Virus record (IMG/VR): IMGVR_UViG_2568526301_000001
Direction: 5' to 3' (one strand)
DNA: 64,000 nt
DNA from: an uncultured virus (IMG/VR IMGVR_UViG_2568526301_000001)
Lineage: Duplodnaviria; Heunggongvirae; Uroviricota; Caudoviricetes
Shown here one piece after another: positions 10,048 through 22,483 of the stretch. The translations under genes and the position numbers were made by a program. The first letter of the stretch is position 1. Each line of letters starts with the position of its first letter. Under the pieces are notes generated by a model that was not told the DNA's origin, did not search any database, and was given only the letters and a program-made list of their open reading frames with translations.

Positions 10048-10261
10048 ATTTAATTCTCCGGTCGGGGCCCGTCGCGGAGCGATGGGAGCTCTCTCAGGTG
10101 TTGCCGAACCGGCGCGACCGTCAGGTCGCTGCAAGGGCGGGCATTCTCCCGAGCCTGTCCACAGGGCAGGCGATGAACAGGTTATGTGTTTACAGGATTT
10201 ATTGAAGGATCTTTAAAAGAGATACAGAGCTGGTGTTTAAAAGGAACCACGCGCCCTGAAA

Positions 10262-10670
10262 GTCCGACGGCAGGCTCAGAAGATGCTCCAGCGTGGCCAT
10301 AGTACGTTCACCGAAGACGTGTGCAACAACCGTCCTCCGTATCCTGTCATACGCGTAAAACAACCAGCGCTGGCGTGATTTAGCGCCGACGAACCCCACT
10401 GTTCGTCTATTTCCGCGCAAACAATGACGTCACTGCCCGGTTGTATGCGTGAGTTTACCGACTGCGGCCTGAGAGGCGGTGTAAGTGAACTGTAGCTGCC
10501 ATGTTTTACGGCAGTGAGAGCAGAGATAGCGCTGATGTCCGGCAGTACTTTTACCGTTACGCACCACGCCTTCAGTAGCTGAGCAGGAGGGACAAGTGAT
10601 GGAGATGGAAGCCACGGGAGCACCTCAAAAACACCATCATACACTAAATCAGTAAGTTGGCACCATTACC
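10262..10670 (-). mobile_element. Decayed IS1-family element (internal deletion, right end missing)
   Basis: IS1 IRL at 10648-10670; InsA start [11 protein letters not shown]; fragments of InsB. Confidence 0.9.
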
Positions 10671-10691
10671 CGGGAAGAGGGAGAAAATCTA

Positions 10692-10882
10692 GTGTGACAA
10701 ACTACCCTCAGGATAGGGTGACAAATTGCCCTCAATTCTGGCTCCACTACCGGTTACAGCCAAAAAAACTATGAGTAAGCGCAGGATGCCAGGGAGGGAA
10801 CAGCAAAACTGTGACAAATCACCCTCAACTTTCCAGATCAAATGTGACGAACCACCCTTAAATCTGTGACAGATAGCCCTCA
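10692..10882 (+). repeat. incC-like cluster of five RepE iterons
   Basis: Five copies of GTGACnnnnnnCCCT(C/T)A immediately downstream of repE. Confidence 0.85.
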
Positions 10883-10883
10883 A

Positions 10884-11942
<1,059 letters not shown>

Positions 11943-12001
11943 CCTATGGGAGGTGATTTTGCAGGCATTGAGCGTATGCAGAATTTATGAGTACTGTTCC
12001 A

Positions 12002-12066
12002 TGGTGCTTCCTCGCTCACTCGGGGCTTCGCCCTGTCGCTCGGCTGCGGCGAGCACTGCTGGCTCG
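12002..12066 (-). other. ssi/pas-like single-strand initiation site
   Basis: Near-identical reverse complement of 25171-25236; resembles the ColE1-type GCCGCAGCCGAACGAC...GTGAGCGAGGAAGC element. Confidence 0.6.
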
Positions 12067-12117
12067 ATTATATCTGTGGCCAGAAGTTAGACATACAGCC
12101 TATTCTGTCCAGTTCTG

Positions 12118-12655
12118 GGTAATGCTACCAACTTGCTGATTTAGTGTATGATGGTGGTTTTGAGGTGCTCCAGTGGCTTCCATCTCCATCACTTGTCCCT
12201 CCTGCTCAGCTACTGAAGGCGTGGTGCGTAACGGTAAAAGTACTGCCGGACATCAGCGCTATCTCTGCTCTCACTGCCGTAAAACATGGCAGCTACAGTT
12301 CACTTACACCGCCTCTCAGGCCGCAGTCGGTAAACTCACGCATACAACCGGGCAGTGACGTCATTGTTTGCGCGGAAATAGACGAACAGTGGGGTTCGTC
12401 GGCGCTAAATCACGCCAGCGCTGGTTGTTTTACGCGTATGACAGGATACGGAGGACGGTTGTGGCGCACGTCTTCGGTGAACGCACTCTGGCCACGCTGG
12501 AGCGTCTTCCGGGCCTGCTGTCGGCCTTTGAGGTCGTGGTATGGATGACGGATGACTGGCCGCTTTATGAATCACGCCTGAAGGGAGAACTGCATGACAA
12601 AGTCATTGGACATTATCTGAACATAAAACACTACCAGTAAGTTGGAGTCATTACC
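12118..12655 (+). mobile_element. Decayed IS1-family element (538 bp, both IRs, internal deletions)
   Basis: IRL GGTAATGCTACCAACTTGCTGAT, IRR CAGTAAGTTGGAGTCATTACC; broken insA/insB. Confidence 0.9.
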
Positions 12656-12842
12656 CCTCAATCAAACGTGAGAAGTCGTCACCTTTAAAACTGGTCACAT
12701 TTTCAATACCCAGATCGGAAGCAGACTGGTTGATAGTCTCTACCGCATAGAACTTTGCACCAGTCAGCCGCGGGGCTAACAGGTAAGATGAAATTAAGGT
12801 TTTACGAACACTGCCACTGTAATTAATTACCGCTACTTTCAT
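12656..12842 (-). pseudogene. stbB: StbB-like ATPase truncated by IS1
   Basis: MKVAVINYSGSVRKTLISSYLLAPRL; IncN stbB-like N-terminus; Walker A reads GSVRKT. Confidence 0.75.
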
Positions 12843-12850
12843 AAATCACC

Positions 12851-13237
12851 TCAGAATTTTTTGTTGAACTTCTTAGGGTCGAAATTCTCACCGATTTTAT
12901 TGAAGAATTCTTTATCAATAATGCCGGGACTCTCTGCTTTTTCACTTTCCTGCGCTTCAGGCTCAGACGGTTGTGTATTGTGCAATACACTTTCCGCTGC
13001 ACCCTTCGCGCTACTCTTATCATGTGTATTGTGCAATACATTTTTTCGGTTTTGCCGCGTTCTATACAGTGCCATCTCAAGCCCTTTGGCTGTTACCGAA
13101 AAGCTGTATTCGCTGTCGAGGATTTCAGCAATTTCATGCCGCGTTAGCCCTCTGTCCAGCCAGTTCTCGATTTCATTTAGGCGCAATCTGACAGCAGCCG
13201 ATAAGTTGCGGGGTTTCAGATCTGCTGGTTTATTCAT
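12851..13237 (-). CDS. stbA: StbA-like plasmid stability/DNA-binding protein (IncN type)
   Basis: 128 aa ORF between oriT and stbB, GGAGG RBS. Confidence 0.7.
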   Translation of the reverse strand: MNKPADLKPRNLSAAVRLRLNEIENWLDRGLTRHEIAEILDSEYSFSVTAKGLEMALYRTRQNRKNVLHNTHDKSSAKGAAESVLHNTQPSEPEAQESEKAESPGIIDKEFFNKIGENFDPKKFNKKF

Positions 13238-13297
13238 AACCCCCTCCGTTGTATGAAAATGACTCTACAACACTCGTAAGAAGGGGTCAATCGAGTT

Positions 13298-13458
13298 TTG
13301 TAGTTTATCTGTAGTTTTCTTGTAGTCTATTTGTAGTCTGTCACGTTTTTTGTAGTTTCTTTGTAGTTTTATTGTAGTCTATTTGTAGTCTTCCAACACT
13401 AAGGCAAAACGTTTTTTGTAGTTTATCTGTAGTTTATCTGTAGTTTATCTGTAGTTTT
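13298..13458. repeat. stbDR-like direct repeats
   Basis: About a dozen TGTAGT-core repeats with ~11 bp period, in runs upstream of stbA. Confidence 0.75.
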
Positions 13459-13566
13459 TGGTTGCTCAGATGGTCATGCAAGCATGACCATCAAAGAATA
13501 GGACGCTTTTTAGCCAAATGACCCTTAACCTACGGAGATCGCCCTACCAAAAAAAGATGATTTTTT

Positions 13567-13603
13567 ATCCCTTAACCTGCTATACACCTAACGCAGCGTG
13601 ATA
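13567..13603 (-). other. oriT: IncN-type origin of transfer (nic region)
   Basis: Minus strand reads GCTGCGTTAGGTGTATAGCAGGTTAAGGGAT, as recalled for the R46/pKM101 nic region; lies between stbA and traK. Confidence 0.8.
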
Positions 13604-13793
13604 AATCACGCTATCTCACTGATTTAAAAGAAAAAAAACCAAATTTAACCATGCTGCGGTATTACCCAGGTATTACAAATCTAATCTAACTTACTGATTT
13701 AAAACATTTTTTATTTATTACTTTGGTAATACTATGATTTCACCGTATTAGACACCCTTTTTTCGTTTAAAAAATGCACAAAGTGAGGACTGA

Positions 13794-13947
13794 ATGCCAA
13801 CAATAACCGCAAAAGTATCAGATGAACTTTTGGCCTATATAGACCTGGTTTCAGGTGGTAATCGGTCAGAGTATCTGCGGCGCTGCCTTGAAGCTGGCCC
13901 AGGTGATCTGGAGTCCGGGTTGAAAATAGTTACCAACCAGCTGAGCG
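13794..13947 (+). pseudogene. traK: TraK relaxosome accessory protein truncated by IS26
   Basis: MPTITAKVSDELLAYIDLVSGGNRSEYLRR ribbon-helix-helix N-terminus of IncN TraK type. Confidence 0.8.
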
Positions 13948-14767
13948 GGCACTGTTGCAAAGTTAGCGATGAGGCAGCCTTTTGTCTTATTCAAAGGCCT
14001 TACATTTCAAAAACTCTGCTTACCAGGCGCATTTCGCCCAGGGGATCACCATAATAAAATGCTGAGGCCTGGCCTTTGCGTAGTGCACGCATCACCTCAA
14101 TACCTTTGATGGTGGCGTAAGCCGTCTTCATGGATTTAAATCCCAGCGTGGCGCCGATTATCCGTTTCAGTTTGCCATGATCGCATTCAATCACGTTGTT
14201 CCGGTACTTAATCTGTCGGTGTTCAACGTCAGACGGGCACCGGCCTTCGCGTTTGAGCAGAGCAAGCGCGCGACCATAGGCGGGCGCTTTATCCGTGTTG
14301 ATGAATCGCGGGATCTGCCACTTCTTCACGTTGTTGAGGATTTTACCCAGAAACCGGTATGCAGCTTTGCTGTTACGACGGGAGGAGAGATAAAAATCGA
14401 CAGTGCGGCCCCGGCTGTCGACGGCCCGGTACAGATACGCCCAGCGGCCATTGACCTTCACGTAGGTTTCATCCATGTGCCACGGGCAAAGATCGGAAGG
14501 GTTACGCCAGTACCAGCGCAGCCGTTTTTCCATTTCAGGCGCATAACGCTGAACCCAGCGGTAAATCGTGGAGTGATCGACATTCACTCCGCGTTCAGCC
14601 AGCATCTCCTGCAGCTCACGGTAACTGATGCCGTATTTGCAGTACCAGCGTACGGCCCACAGAATGATGTCACGCTGAAAATGCCGGCCTTTGAATGGGT
14701 TCATGTGCAGCTCCATCAGCAAAAGGGGATGATAAGTTTATCACCACCGACTATTTGCAACAGTGCC
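13948..14767 (-). mobile_element. tnp26: IS26, complete (820 bp)
   Basis: Both IRs and full transposase ORF. Confidence 0.99.
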
Positions 14768-15046
14768 TATGAAAGTTATTCCGCGTTTCTTCAGGTCGTC
14801 GAGTAAAGTAATGACTTGACCCAATGAACCGCCGAGCCGATCTAGTGCCCAAACTACTAGGGTATCTCCCTCGCGCAATGCTTTCAGGCAGTTCTCCAGT
14901 TCCGGCGCACCTTTTTTGTCGCGCTTGGGGCCGCTACGTGAGGTCTGATCCTGATAGATTTGCTCACATCCAGCTTTTGTTAGTTCGTCAACCTGGTGCG
15001 CCACATCCTGAAGATGCGTAGATTTACGTGCATAGCCGATTTTCAT
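14768..15046 (-). pseudogene. Serine resolvase (IncN resP/uvp1-like) truncated by IS26
   Basis: MKIGYARKST, DTLVVWALDRLG motifs. Confidence 0.85.
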
Positions 15047-15438
15047 TCTTTTCTCGCTAATTAGTTATGGGGTTATTGTTATGTTGATACAGTAACGAGT
15101 TTTGTTACATGAGGGGAGTCATTTTTCGGGAGAAGTCAGGACTTTTCAAGACTGTCACAAAAACCATCGTTTTTGATACATTAATTTAACCAATAGGTTG
15201 CAGATCAAATCGCCTGTAACAGCCTTTCTGGCTGTTTGTCGTTTTCAGAAGACGGCTGCACTGAACGTCAGAAGCCGACTGCACTATAGCAGCGGAGGGG
15301 TTGGATCCATCAGGCAACGACGGGCTGCTGCCGGCCATCAGCGGACGCAGGGAGGACTTTCCGCAACCGGCCGTTCGATGCGGCACCGATGGCCTTCGCG
15401 CAGGGGTAGTGAATCCGCCAGGATTGACTTGCGCTGCC

Positions 15439-16452
15439 CTACCTCTCACTAGTGAGGGGCGGCAGCGCATCAAGCGGTGAGCGCACTCCGGCACCGCCAA
15501 CTTTCAGCACATGCGTGTAAATCATCGTCGTAGAGACGTCGGAATGGCCGAGCAGATCCTGCACGGTTCGAATGTCGTAACCGCTGCGGAGCAAGGCCGT
15601 CGCGAACGAGTGGCGGAGGGTGTGCGGTGTGGCGGGCTTCGTGATGCCTGCTTGTTCTACGGCACGTTTGAAGGCGCGCTGAAAGGTCTGGTCATACATG
15701 TGATGGCGACGCACGACACCGCTCCGTGGATCGGTCGAATGCGTGTGCTGCGCAAAAACCCAGAACCACGGCCAGGAATGCCCGGCGCGCGGATACTTCC
15801 GCTCAAGGGCGTCGGGAAGCGCAACGCCGCTGCGGCCCTCGGCCTGGTCCTTCAGCCACCATGCCCGTGCACGCGACAGCTGCTCGCGCAGGCTGGGTGC
15901 CAAGCTCTCGGGTAACATCAAGGCCCGATCCTTGGAGCCCTTGCCCTCCCGCACGATGATCGTGCCGTGATCGAAATCCAGATCCTTGACCCGCAGTTGC
16001 AAACCCTCACTGATCCGCATGCCCGTTCCATACAGAAGCTGGGCGAACAAACGATGCTCGCCTTCCAGAAAACCGAGGATGCGAACCACTTCATCCGGGG
16101 TCAGCACCACCGGCAAGCGCCGCGACGGCCGAGGTCTTCCGATCTCCTGAAGCCAGGGCAGATCCGTGCACAGCACCTTGCCGTAGAAGAACAGCAAGGC
16201 CGCCAATGCCTGACGATGCGTGGAGACCGAAACCTTGCGCTCGTTCGCCAGCCAGGACAGAAATGCCTCGACTTCGCTGCTGCCCAAGGTTGCCGGGTGA
16301 CGCACACCGTGGAAACGGATGAAGGCACGAACCCAGTGGACATAAGCCTGTTCGGTTCGTAAACTGTAATGCAAGTAGCGTATGCGCTCACGCAACTGGT
16401 CCAGAACCTTGACCGAACGCAGCGGTGGTAACGGCGCAGTGGCGGTTTTCAT
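15439..16452 (-). CDS. intI1: Class 1 integron integrase IntI1
   Basis: [19 protein letters not shown], 337 aa, HTLRHSF motif. Confidence 0.99.
16337..16365 (+). promoter_or_regulatory. Cassette promoter Pc, hybrid variant PcH1
   Basis: TGGACA, 17 bp, TAAACT; P2 has the inactive 14-bp spacing. Confidence 0.9.
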
Positions 16453-16598
16453 GGCTTGTTATGACTGTTTTTTTGTACAGTCTATGCCTCGGGCATCCAA
16501 GCAGCAAGCGCGTTACGCCGTGGGTCGATGTTTGATGTTATGGAGCAGCAACGATGTTACGCAGCAGGGCAGTCGCCCTAAAACAAAGTTAACCCAGG

Positions 16599-17081
16599 AT
16601 GAGAACCTTGAAAGTATCATTGATGGCTGCGAAAGCGAAAAACGGCGTGATTGGTTGCGGTCCAGACATACCCTGGTCCGCGAAAGGGGAGCAGCTACTT
16701 TTTAAAGCATTGACCTACAATCAGTGGCTTCTGGTGGGTCGCAAGACGTTTGAATCTATGGGCGCACTCCCCAATAGGAAATACGCGGTCGTTACCCGCT
16801 CAGGTTGGACATCAAATGATGACAATGTAGTTGTATTTCAGTCAATCGAAGAGGCCATGGACAGGCTAGCTGAATTCACCGGTCACGTTATAGTGTCTGG
16901 TGGCGGAGAAATTTACCGAGAAACATTACCCATGGCCTCTACGCTCCACTTATCGACGATCGACATCGAGCCAGAGGGGGATGTTTTCTTCCCGAGTATT
17001 CCAAATACCTTCGAAGTTGTTTTTGAGCAACACTTTACTTCAAACATTAACTATTGCTATCAAATTTGGAAAAAGGGTTAA
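16599..17081 (+). CDS. dfrA14: Trimethoprim-resistant dihydrofolate reductase DfrA14
   Basis: [22 protein letters not shown]; cassette after attI1 with attC at ~17076-17160. Confidence 0.95.
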   Translation: MRTLKVSLMAAKAKNGVIGCGPDIPWSAKGEQLLFKALTYNQWLLVGRKTFESMGALPNRKYAVVTRSGWTSNDDNVVVFQSIEEAMDRLAEFTGHVIVSGGGEIYRETLPMASTLHLSTIDIEPEGDVFFPSIPNTFEVVFEQHFTSNINYCYQIWKKG

Positions 17082-17292
17082 CAAAGCTATGCAATCGACG
17101 GCAAAAAGCTTCGTTCGCTTCGCGCACTACGCCTTTTCCGCGATTGATAGCGACGTTATGTGAATATTGAAATGAGCATTCCAAAGAAAGGAAGTAGAAA
17201 AATTATCGTGGGCGAAAATGAGTTTTTGTGGCTCATTAGGTCAAAACTCACATATTCGCAGGACTGTTTAGGTACAGAAATGACTGCGGTCG

Positions 17293-17526
17293 TTGAACCG
17301 GATGCCGGTCCTCACTGATGAAGAAGTGAACACCGTACGGGAATCGTGCCGGCAGCTTGGAGCTATCGGCCGGAACCTCAACCAGGTGGCCAGGGCCTTG
17401 AACATCGAGTTCAGGGAAAGTGACAAGCTCAAGCAAGAGGCCATCGAAAAACTGGCCGAACGGATCGACCAGCATTTGGACCATGTGTCTGAGCTGTTCG
17501 ATAAGACCTGGAGCCGGTGGCACGAT
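17293..17526 (+). pseudogene. MobC-like fragment
   Basis: LGAIGRNLNQVARALN motif; no native N-terminus; cut by IRt. Confidence 0.65.
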
Positions 17527-17649
17527 TGTCATTTTCAGAAGACGACTGCACCAGTTGATTGGGCGTAATGGCTGTTGTGCAGCCAGCTCCTGACAGTTCA
17601 ATATCAGAAGTGATCTGCACCAATCTCGACTATGCTCAATACTCGTGTG

Positions 17650-18529
17650 GGCTCTGTTGCAAAAATCGTGAAGCTTGAGCATGCTTGGCGGAGATTGGAC
17701 GGACGGAACGATGACGGATTTCAAGTGGCGCCATTTCCAGGGTGATGTGATCCTGTGGGCGGTGCGCTGGTATTGTCGCTATCCGATCAGCTATCGCGAC
17801 CTTGAGGAAATGCTGGCGGAACGCGGCATTTCGGTCGACCATACGACGATCTATCGCTGGGTCCAGTGCTACGCCCCGGAGATGGAGAAGCGGCTGCGCT
17901 GGTTCTGGCGGCGTGGCTTTGATCCGAGCTGGCGCCTGGATGAAACCTACGTCAAGGTGCGGGGCAAGTGGACCTACCTGTACCGGGCAGTCGACAAGCG
18001 GGGCGACACGATCGATTTCTACCTGTCGCCGACCCGCAGCGCCAAGGCAGCGAAGCGGTTCCTGGGCAAGGCCCTGCGAGGCCTGAAGCACTGGGAAAAG
18101 CCTGCCACGCTCAATACCGACAAAGCGCCGAGCTATGGTGCAGCGATCACCGAATTGAAGCGCGAAGGAAAGCTGGACCGGGAGACGGCCCACCGGCAGG
18201 TGAAGTATCTCAATAACGTGATCGAGGCCGATCACGGAAAGCTCAAGATACTGATCAAGCCGGTGCGCGGTTTCAAATCGATCCCCACGGCCTATGCCAC
18301 GATCAAGGGATTCGAAGTCATGCGAGCCCTGCGCAAAGGACAGGCTCGCCCCTGGTGCCTGCAGCCCGGCATCAGGGGCGAGGTGCGCCTTGTGGAGAGA
18401 GCTTTTGGCATTGGGCCCTCGGCGCTGACGGAGGCCATGGGCATGCTCAACCACCATTTCGCAGCAGCCGCCTGATCGGCGCAGAGCGACAGCCTACCTC
18501 TGACTGCCGCCAATCTTTGCAACAGAGCC
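17650..18529 (+). mobile_element. IS6100, complete (880 bp)
   Basis: IRs GGCTCTGTTGCAAA; IS6-family transposase MTDFKWRHFQGD. Confidence 0.97.
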
Positions 18530-18735
18530 TCCGTCGCCATGCTCACCTCGCTTTGGTGCACACGAGTATTGAGCATAGTCGAGATTGGTGCAGATCACTT
18601 CTGATATTGAACTGTCAGGAGCTGGCTGCACAACAGCCATTACGCCCAATCAACTGGTGCAGTCGTCTTCTGAAAATGACACTGTTTGTATATAATCATG
18701 AAAAAATGGTGAGTAGAGTTTCAGGGTAACAGGGG

Positions 18736-19950
18736 ATGCTTATGTCGGTTTTCCACAACTGGCTACTTGAGATCGCATGTGAGAATTACTTCGTCTACAT
18801 CAAACGCCTTTCCGCCAACGATACCGGCGCAACAGGTGGTCACCAGGTAGGGCTTTATATCCCTTCAGGTATCGTTGAAAAACTCTTTCCGTCTATCAAC
18901 CATACCCGTGAACTGAACCCTTCGGTTTTTCTCACCGCACATGTGTCATCGCATGATTGCCCTGACAGCGAAGCCAGGGCAATTTATTATAACAGCCGTC
19001 ATTTTGGTAAAACCCGGAATGAAAAAAGGATTACCCGCTGGGGTAGAGGCAGCCCACTTCAGGATCCTGAAAATACAGGGGCTCTGACGCTCCTGGCTTT
19101 CAAGCTTGATGAGCAAGGGGGGGACTGTAAGGAAGTAAATATTTGGGTATGCGCCAGCACTGATGAAGAGGACGTCATTGAGACCGCTATTGGTGAAGTT
19201 ATACCCGGAGCGCTTATATCCGGCCCCGCAGGACAGATTCTAGGCGGACTATCTCTACAGCAAGCGCCAGTAAATCATAAATATATTCTACCTGAAGACT
19301 GGCACCTGCGCTTTCCGTCGGGAAGTGAAATTATTCAGTATGCAGCCAGCCATTATGTGAAAAATTCCCTTGATCCGGATGAGCAACTTCTTGACCGCCG
19401 GCGCGTGGAGTACGACATATTTCTATTGGTTGAGGAACTGCATGTTCTGGATATCATCCGGAAAGGATTTGGCTCTGTGGATGAATTTATTGCGCTGGCC
19501 AATTCTGTCAGCAATCGCCGTAAATCCAGAGCCGGGAAGTCGCTGGAACTGCACCTGGAGCATCTATTCATTGAGCACGGCCTGCGACACTTTGCGACGC
19601 AGGCCATCACAGAAGGTAATAAAAAACCCGATTTCCTTTTCCCTTCCGCAGGGGCTTACCACGATACTGAGTTTCCCGTAGAAAATCTGCGCATGCTGGC
19701 AGTCAAGACTACCTGTAAGGATCGCTGGCGTCAGATACTGAATGAGGCCGATAAAATTCATCAGGTGCATCTGTTTACACTCCAGGAGGGAGTTTCTCTG
19801 GCTCAATATCGGGAGATGCGGGAGTCGGGTGTCAGATTGGTCGTGCCATCATCTCTGCACAAAAAATACCCGGAGGCGGTGAGAGCTGAGCTAATGACGC
19901 TAGGTGCGTTTATTGCTGAGCTGACAGGGCTTTACGCAGATATTCCATAG
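18736..19950 (+). CDS. ecoRIIR: Type IIE restriction endonuclease EcoRII
   Basis: 404 aa, KRLSANDTGATGGHQ effector domain, RRKSRAGKSLE, KKPDFLFP, KTTCKDRWRQ. Confidence 0.95.
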   Translation: MLMSVFHNWLLEIACENYFVYIKRLSANDTGATGGHQVGLYIPSGIVEKLFPSINHTRELNPSVFLTAHVSSHDCPDSEARAIYYNSRHFGKTRNEKRITRWGRGSPLQDPENTGALTLLAFKLDEQGGDCKEVNIWVCASTDEEDVIETAIGEVIPGALISGPAGQILGGLSLQQAPVNHKYILPEDWHLRFPSGSEIIQYAASHYVKNSLDPDEQLLDRRRVEYDIFLLVEELHVLDIIRKGFGSVDEFIALANSVSNRRKSRAGKSLELHLEHLFIEHGLRHFATQAITEGNKKPDFLFPSAGAYHDTEFPVENLRMLAVKTTCKDRWRQILNEADKIHQVHLFTLQEGVSLAQYREMRESGVRLVVPSSLHKKYPEAVRAELMTLGAFIAELTGLYADIP

Positions 19951-19983
19951 ATTATCTCCCGGCATAAATACCGGGAGGAGCGA

Positions 19984-21417
19984 TCAGATTCGTTCAACCT
20001 TGCACGAATCGGCATTAACCGCTTTCAGGATATAAGGTTCAAGCAGTTTGGCTACGGCTTCAAACACGGGCACCACTACGGAGTTACCGAACTGCCTGTA
20101 CGACTGAGTGTCTGACACAGGAATGCGAAAAGGCCTGCCATCTACTTTTTCAAAACCCATAAGGCGCGCGCACTCTCGCGGAGTCAGCCTGCGGGGCCGA
20201 TGCGCCTGATTTTCTTCGTTCGCGAAGTCTGTTTCACCTGTGGCCATATCCCAGCCACGGTCTATCAGAATTTCAGACCCGTCTTTGTGATAGCGAGCAG
20301 AAAGCGTACGGGCAATGCTTTCTTTATTTTCAGGATTAACGAGGCCAAAACCGAATCCGTTACCCTTAGCTGCGTGCTTTTTGGCGTAGTTATAGAGATA
20401 CTCCCAGAGTTTCGGCGTCAGTATATATTTGCTGTCAACCACGGGTTCCAGCAGTTCGCCAAATGACGGACGCTGTTCCGGATAAAAACGACTAATATCG
20501 CGCAGGGTAAAGCCCTGGTGAATGTTCAGATCACGGCGGAAACCGACCAAAACGATACGTTCTCGGTGCTGAGGTAAAAAGTGTTTTCCGTCGATAACTT
20601 TAGGATCGTTTTTGCCCATCTCAGCTGCATCCGCAACTTCATAGCCAAGTTCGTCGAGGGTATCCATGATGACTTTAAAGGTTTTACCCTTGTCATGGCT
20701 CTTCAGGTTTTTAACGTTTTCAAGAACAAAGATGGCAGGTTTTTTTGCGCGGATAATACGCGCCACATCGAAGAAAAGCGTTCCCTGAGCCTCACATTCG
20801 AAACCATGCGCGCGCCCGAGCGAGTTTTTCTTGCTTACGCCCGCAAGGCTGAACGGTTGACAGGGGAAACCTGCTAGAAGTACATCATGATCCGGCACAT
20901 GCTCATTAATGTAAGCATAGGCATCGTTTTCAGGTACTTCAGGTTTATCACTGAGCGTGACTTCCCGAATATCTAGATTGAAAGTGTGTTCCTGAGCATC
21001 GTTAAACCAGTTAGCTTTATATGTGCGCACAGCCTCTTTATTCCATTCACTGGTAAAAACGCACTGGCCACCGATGGTTTCGAAGCCCTTCCGTATACCT
21101 CCAATCCCAGCAAACAGGTCAATAAACCGGAAGGCATAGTCAGGGTGATGTGCAGGCGCTTCCGGAAGCATTTTTCGTAGAAGTTCCTCTTCGGCTAACG
21201 TCAGCGTCTTAGGTGAGCACTTACCATTAATCCAGCGATTAAGAGTCTCGCGACTCCACTCATTTTTACCAACTTTTCTAAGCAGTTCAGCCACGTACTT
21301 CTGGTCATAGATTTCCAGCACCTGCCCGAGCAGCTTTTTATCATTTTCCTGTCGCAGTTGTTCTTCCGCTTCTGCTTTCTCAAGCAGATCCTGCGCCAGT
21401 AATTCAAATTCAGACAT
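19984..21417 (-). CDS. ecoRIIM: DNA cytosine-5 methyltransferase M.EcoRII
   Basis: 477 aa, FAGIGG, GFPCQ, ENV, QFGNS motifs; convergent with ecoRIIR. Confidence 0.95.
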
Positions 21418-21510
21418 ATTGCCTCCATTGGGTCTTATGGGTGAAACTGTATCACTCATTTGACCCAGATTGAATGTTTTTATCTGGATATTTAAACAGG
21501 TTTATTGTTA

Positions 21511-21803
21511 GGTAACGCACGTTGGCCACGCTGGAGCGTCTTCTGGGCCTGCTGTCGGCCTTTGAGGTCGTGGTATGGATGACGGATGGCTGGCCGCTGT
21601 ATGAATCCCGCCTGAAGGGAAAGCTGCACGTTATCAGCAAGCGTTACACTCAGCGCATTGAGCGACATAACCTGAATCTGAGACAACATCTGGCAAGGCT
21701 GGGACGGAAGTCACTGTCGTTCTCAAAATCGGTGGAGCTGCATGACAAGGTCATCGGGCATTATCTGAACATAAAACACTATCAGTAAGTTGGAGTCATT
21801 ACC
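21511..21803 (+). mobile_element. IS1 right-end fragment
   Basis: InsB C-terminus ([15 protein letters not shown]) and IRR ending 21803. Confidence 0.9.
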
Positions 21804-22005
21804 GGTTCTCTTTGTCTTTTAGTGATTCTATAAACCTCATTACGTCTGAATATAAAAATCTATTATTTGATTTATGTGGCTCATGAGGTTGTGGGATGGT
21901 CTTGTTTTTGAATGTGCCAGTTTTCTTAATGGCAAAGATTAACTCACCTTCTGTTATTCCTAACATTTCAGCAAATGTTTTTGCTTCTATAGTTACTGAC
22001 TTCAT
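21799..22005 (-). CDS. Small hypothetical protein (IncN backbone), 3' end abuts IS1
   Basis: 68 aa ORF directly downstream of the mrr-like gene; stop codon supplied by IS1 IR. Confidence 0.5.
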   Translation of the reverse strand: MKSVTIEAKTFAEMLGITEGELIFAIKKTGTFKNKTIPQPHEPHKSNNRFLYSDVMRFIESLKDKENR

Positions 22006-22009
22006 TTAA

Positions 22010-22483
22010 TTAACTCTCATGGTATCGATTTTCTTTACCGGCATCTTTAACAATGGTGCTCGTTTCTAGTGTTGCTGCGGTACGCTTCATCATCGTCTGC
22101 GGGGCGGTTGCGATAGTGAAGGAGCTGCCGGGCGTGAGCAAATCTATCAGGCGCTGGCCGCTGATAATCTCCATCCGTTCACTGGCAATACTGACAGATT
22201 TTGAACCTGCGCCGGTTTTCCCGGTATGGCAAAACAGACCGCGACAGTTATGACGTTTAAGCAACTTCTCGAACTCCTGTACGTGCTGTAAAGCAATATG
22301 GCCGCGATAGCGTTTAGCCTGAATAAGATAGCGATATTTTCCTATTATTACCTGGCCGTCAATGCCTCCATCGCCGGTATAGCGTTTGTTTCTGATGGTT
22401 CTGAAGCCATGCGCTTCAAATCCTTCCAGCAACAGTTCTTCAAACACAAAAGGATCAATTTTCCTCAGGTAGTTAATTTTTTG
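22010..22483 (-). pseudogene. Mrr-like restriction endonuclease, 5' end removed by IS26
   Basis: FEELLL ... GDGGIDG ... LIQAKRY PD-(D/E)xK motif. Confidence 0.85.

Larger units (their letters stand above)
15237..18681. mobile_element. Class 1 integron, In4-like IRt-IS6100-IRt end
   Basis: IRi 15237-15261, inner IRt 17527-17551, outer IRt ending 18681; 5-bp duplication CTGTT at 15232-15236 and 18682-18686. Confidence 0.95.

Noticed and set aside
17156..17526. Partial cassette plus mobC-like fragment after dfrA14
   Set aside because: Truncated pieces; to my knowledge a common feature of dfrA14 integrons from IncN plasmids
18736..22483. EcoRII R-M plus mrr-like gene as a new defence island
   Set aside because: Well-characterised IncN backbone genes; the mrr-like gene is truncated
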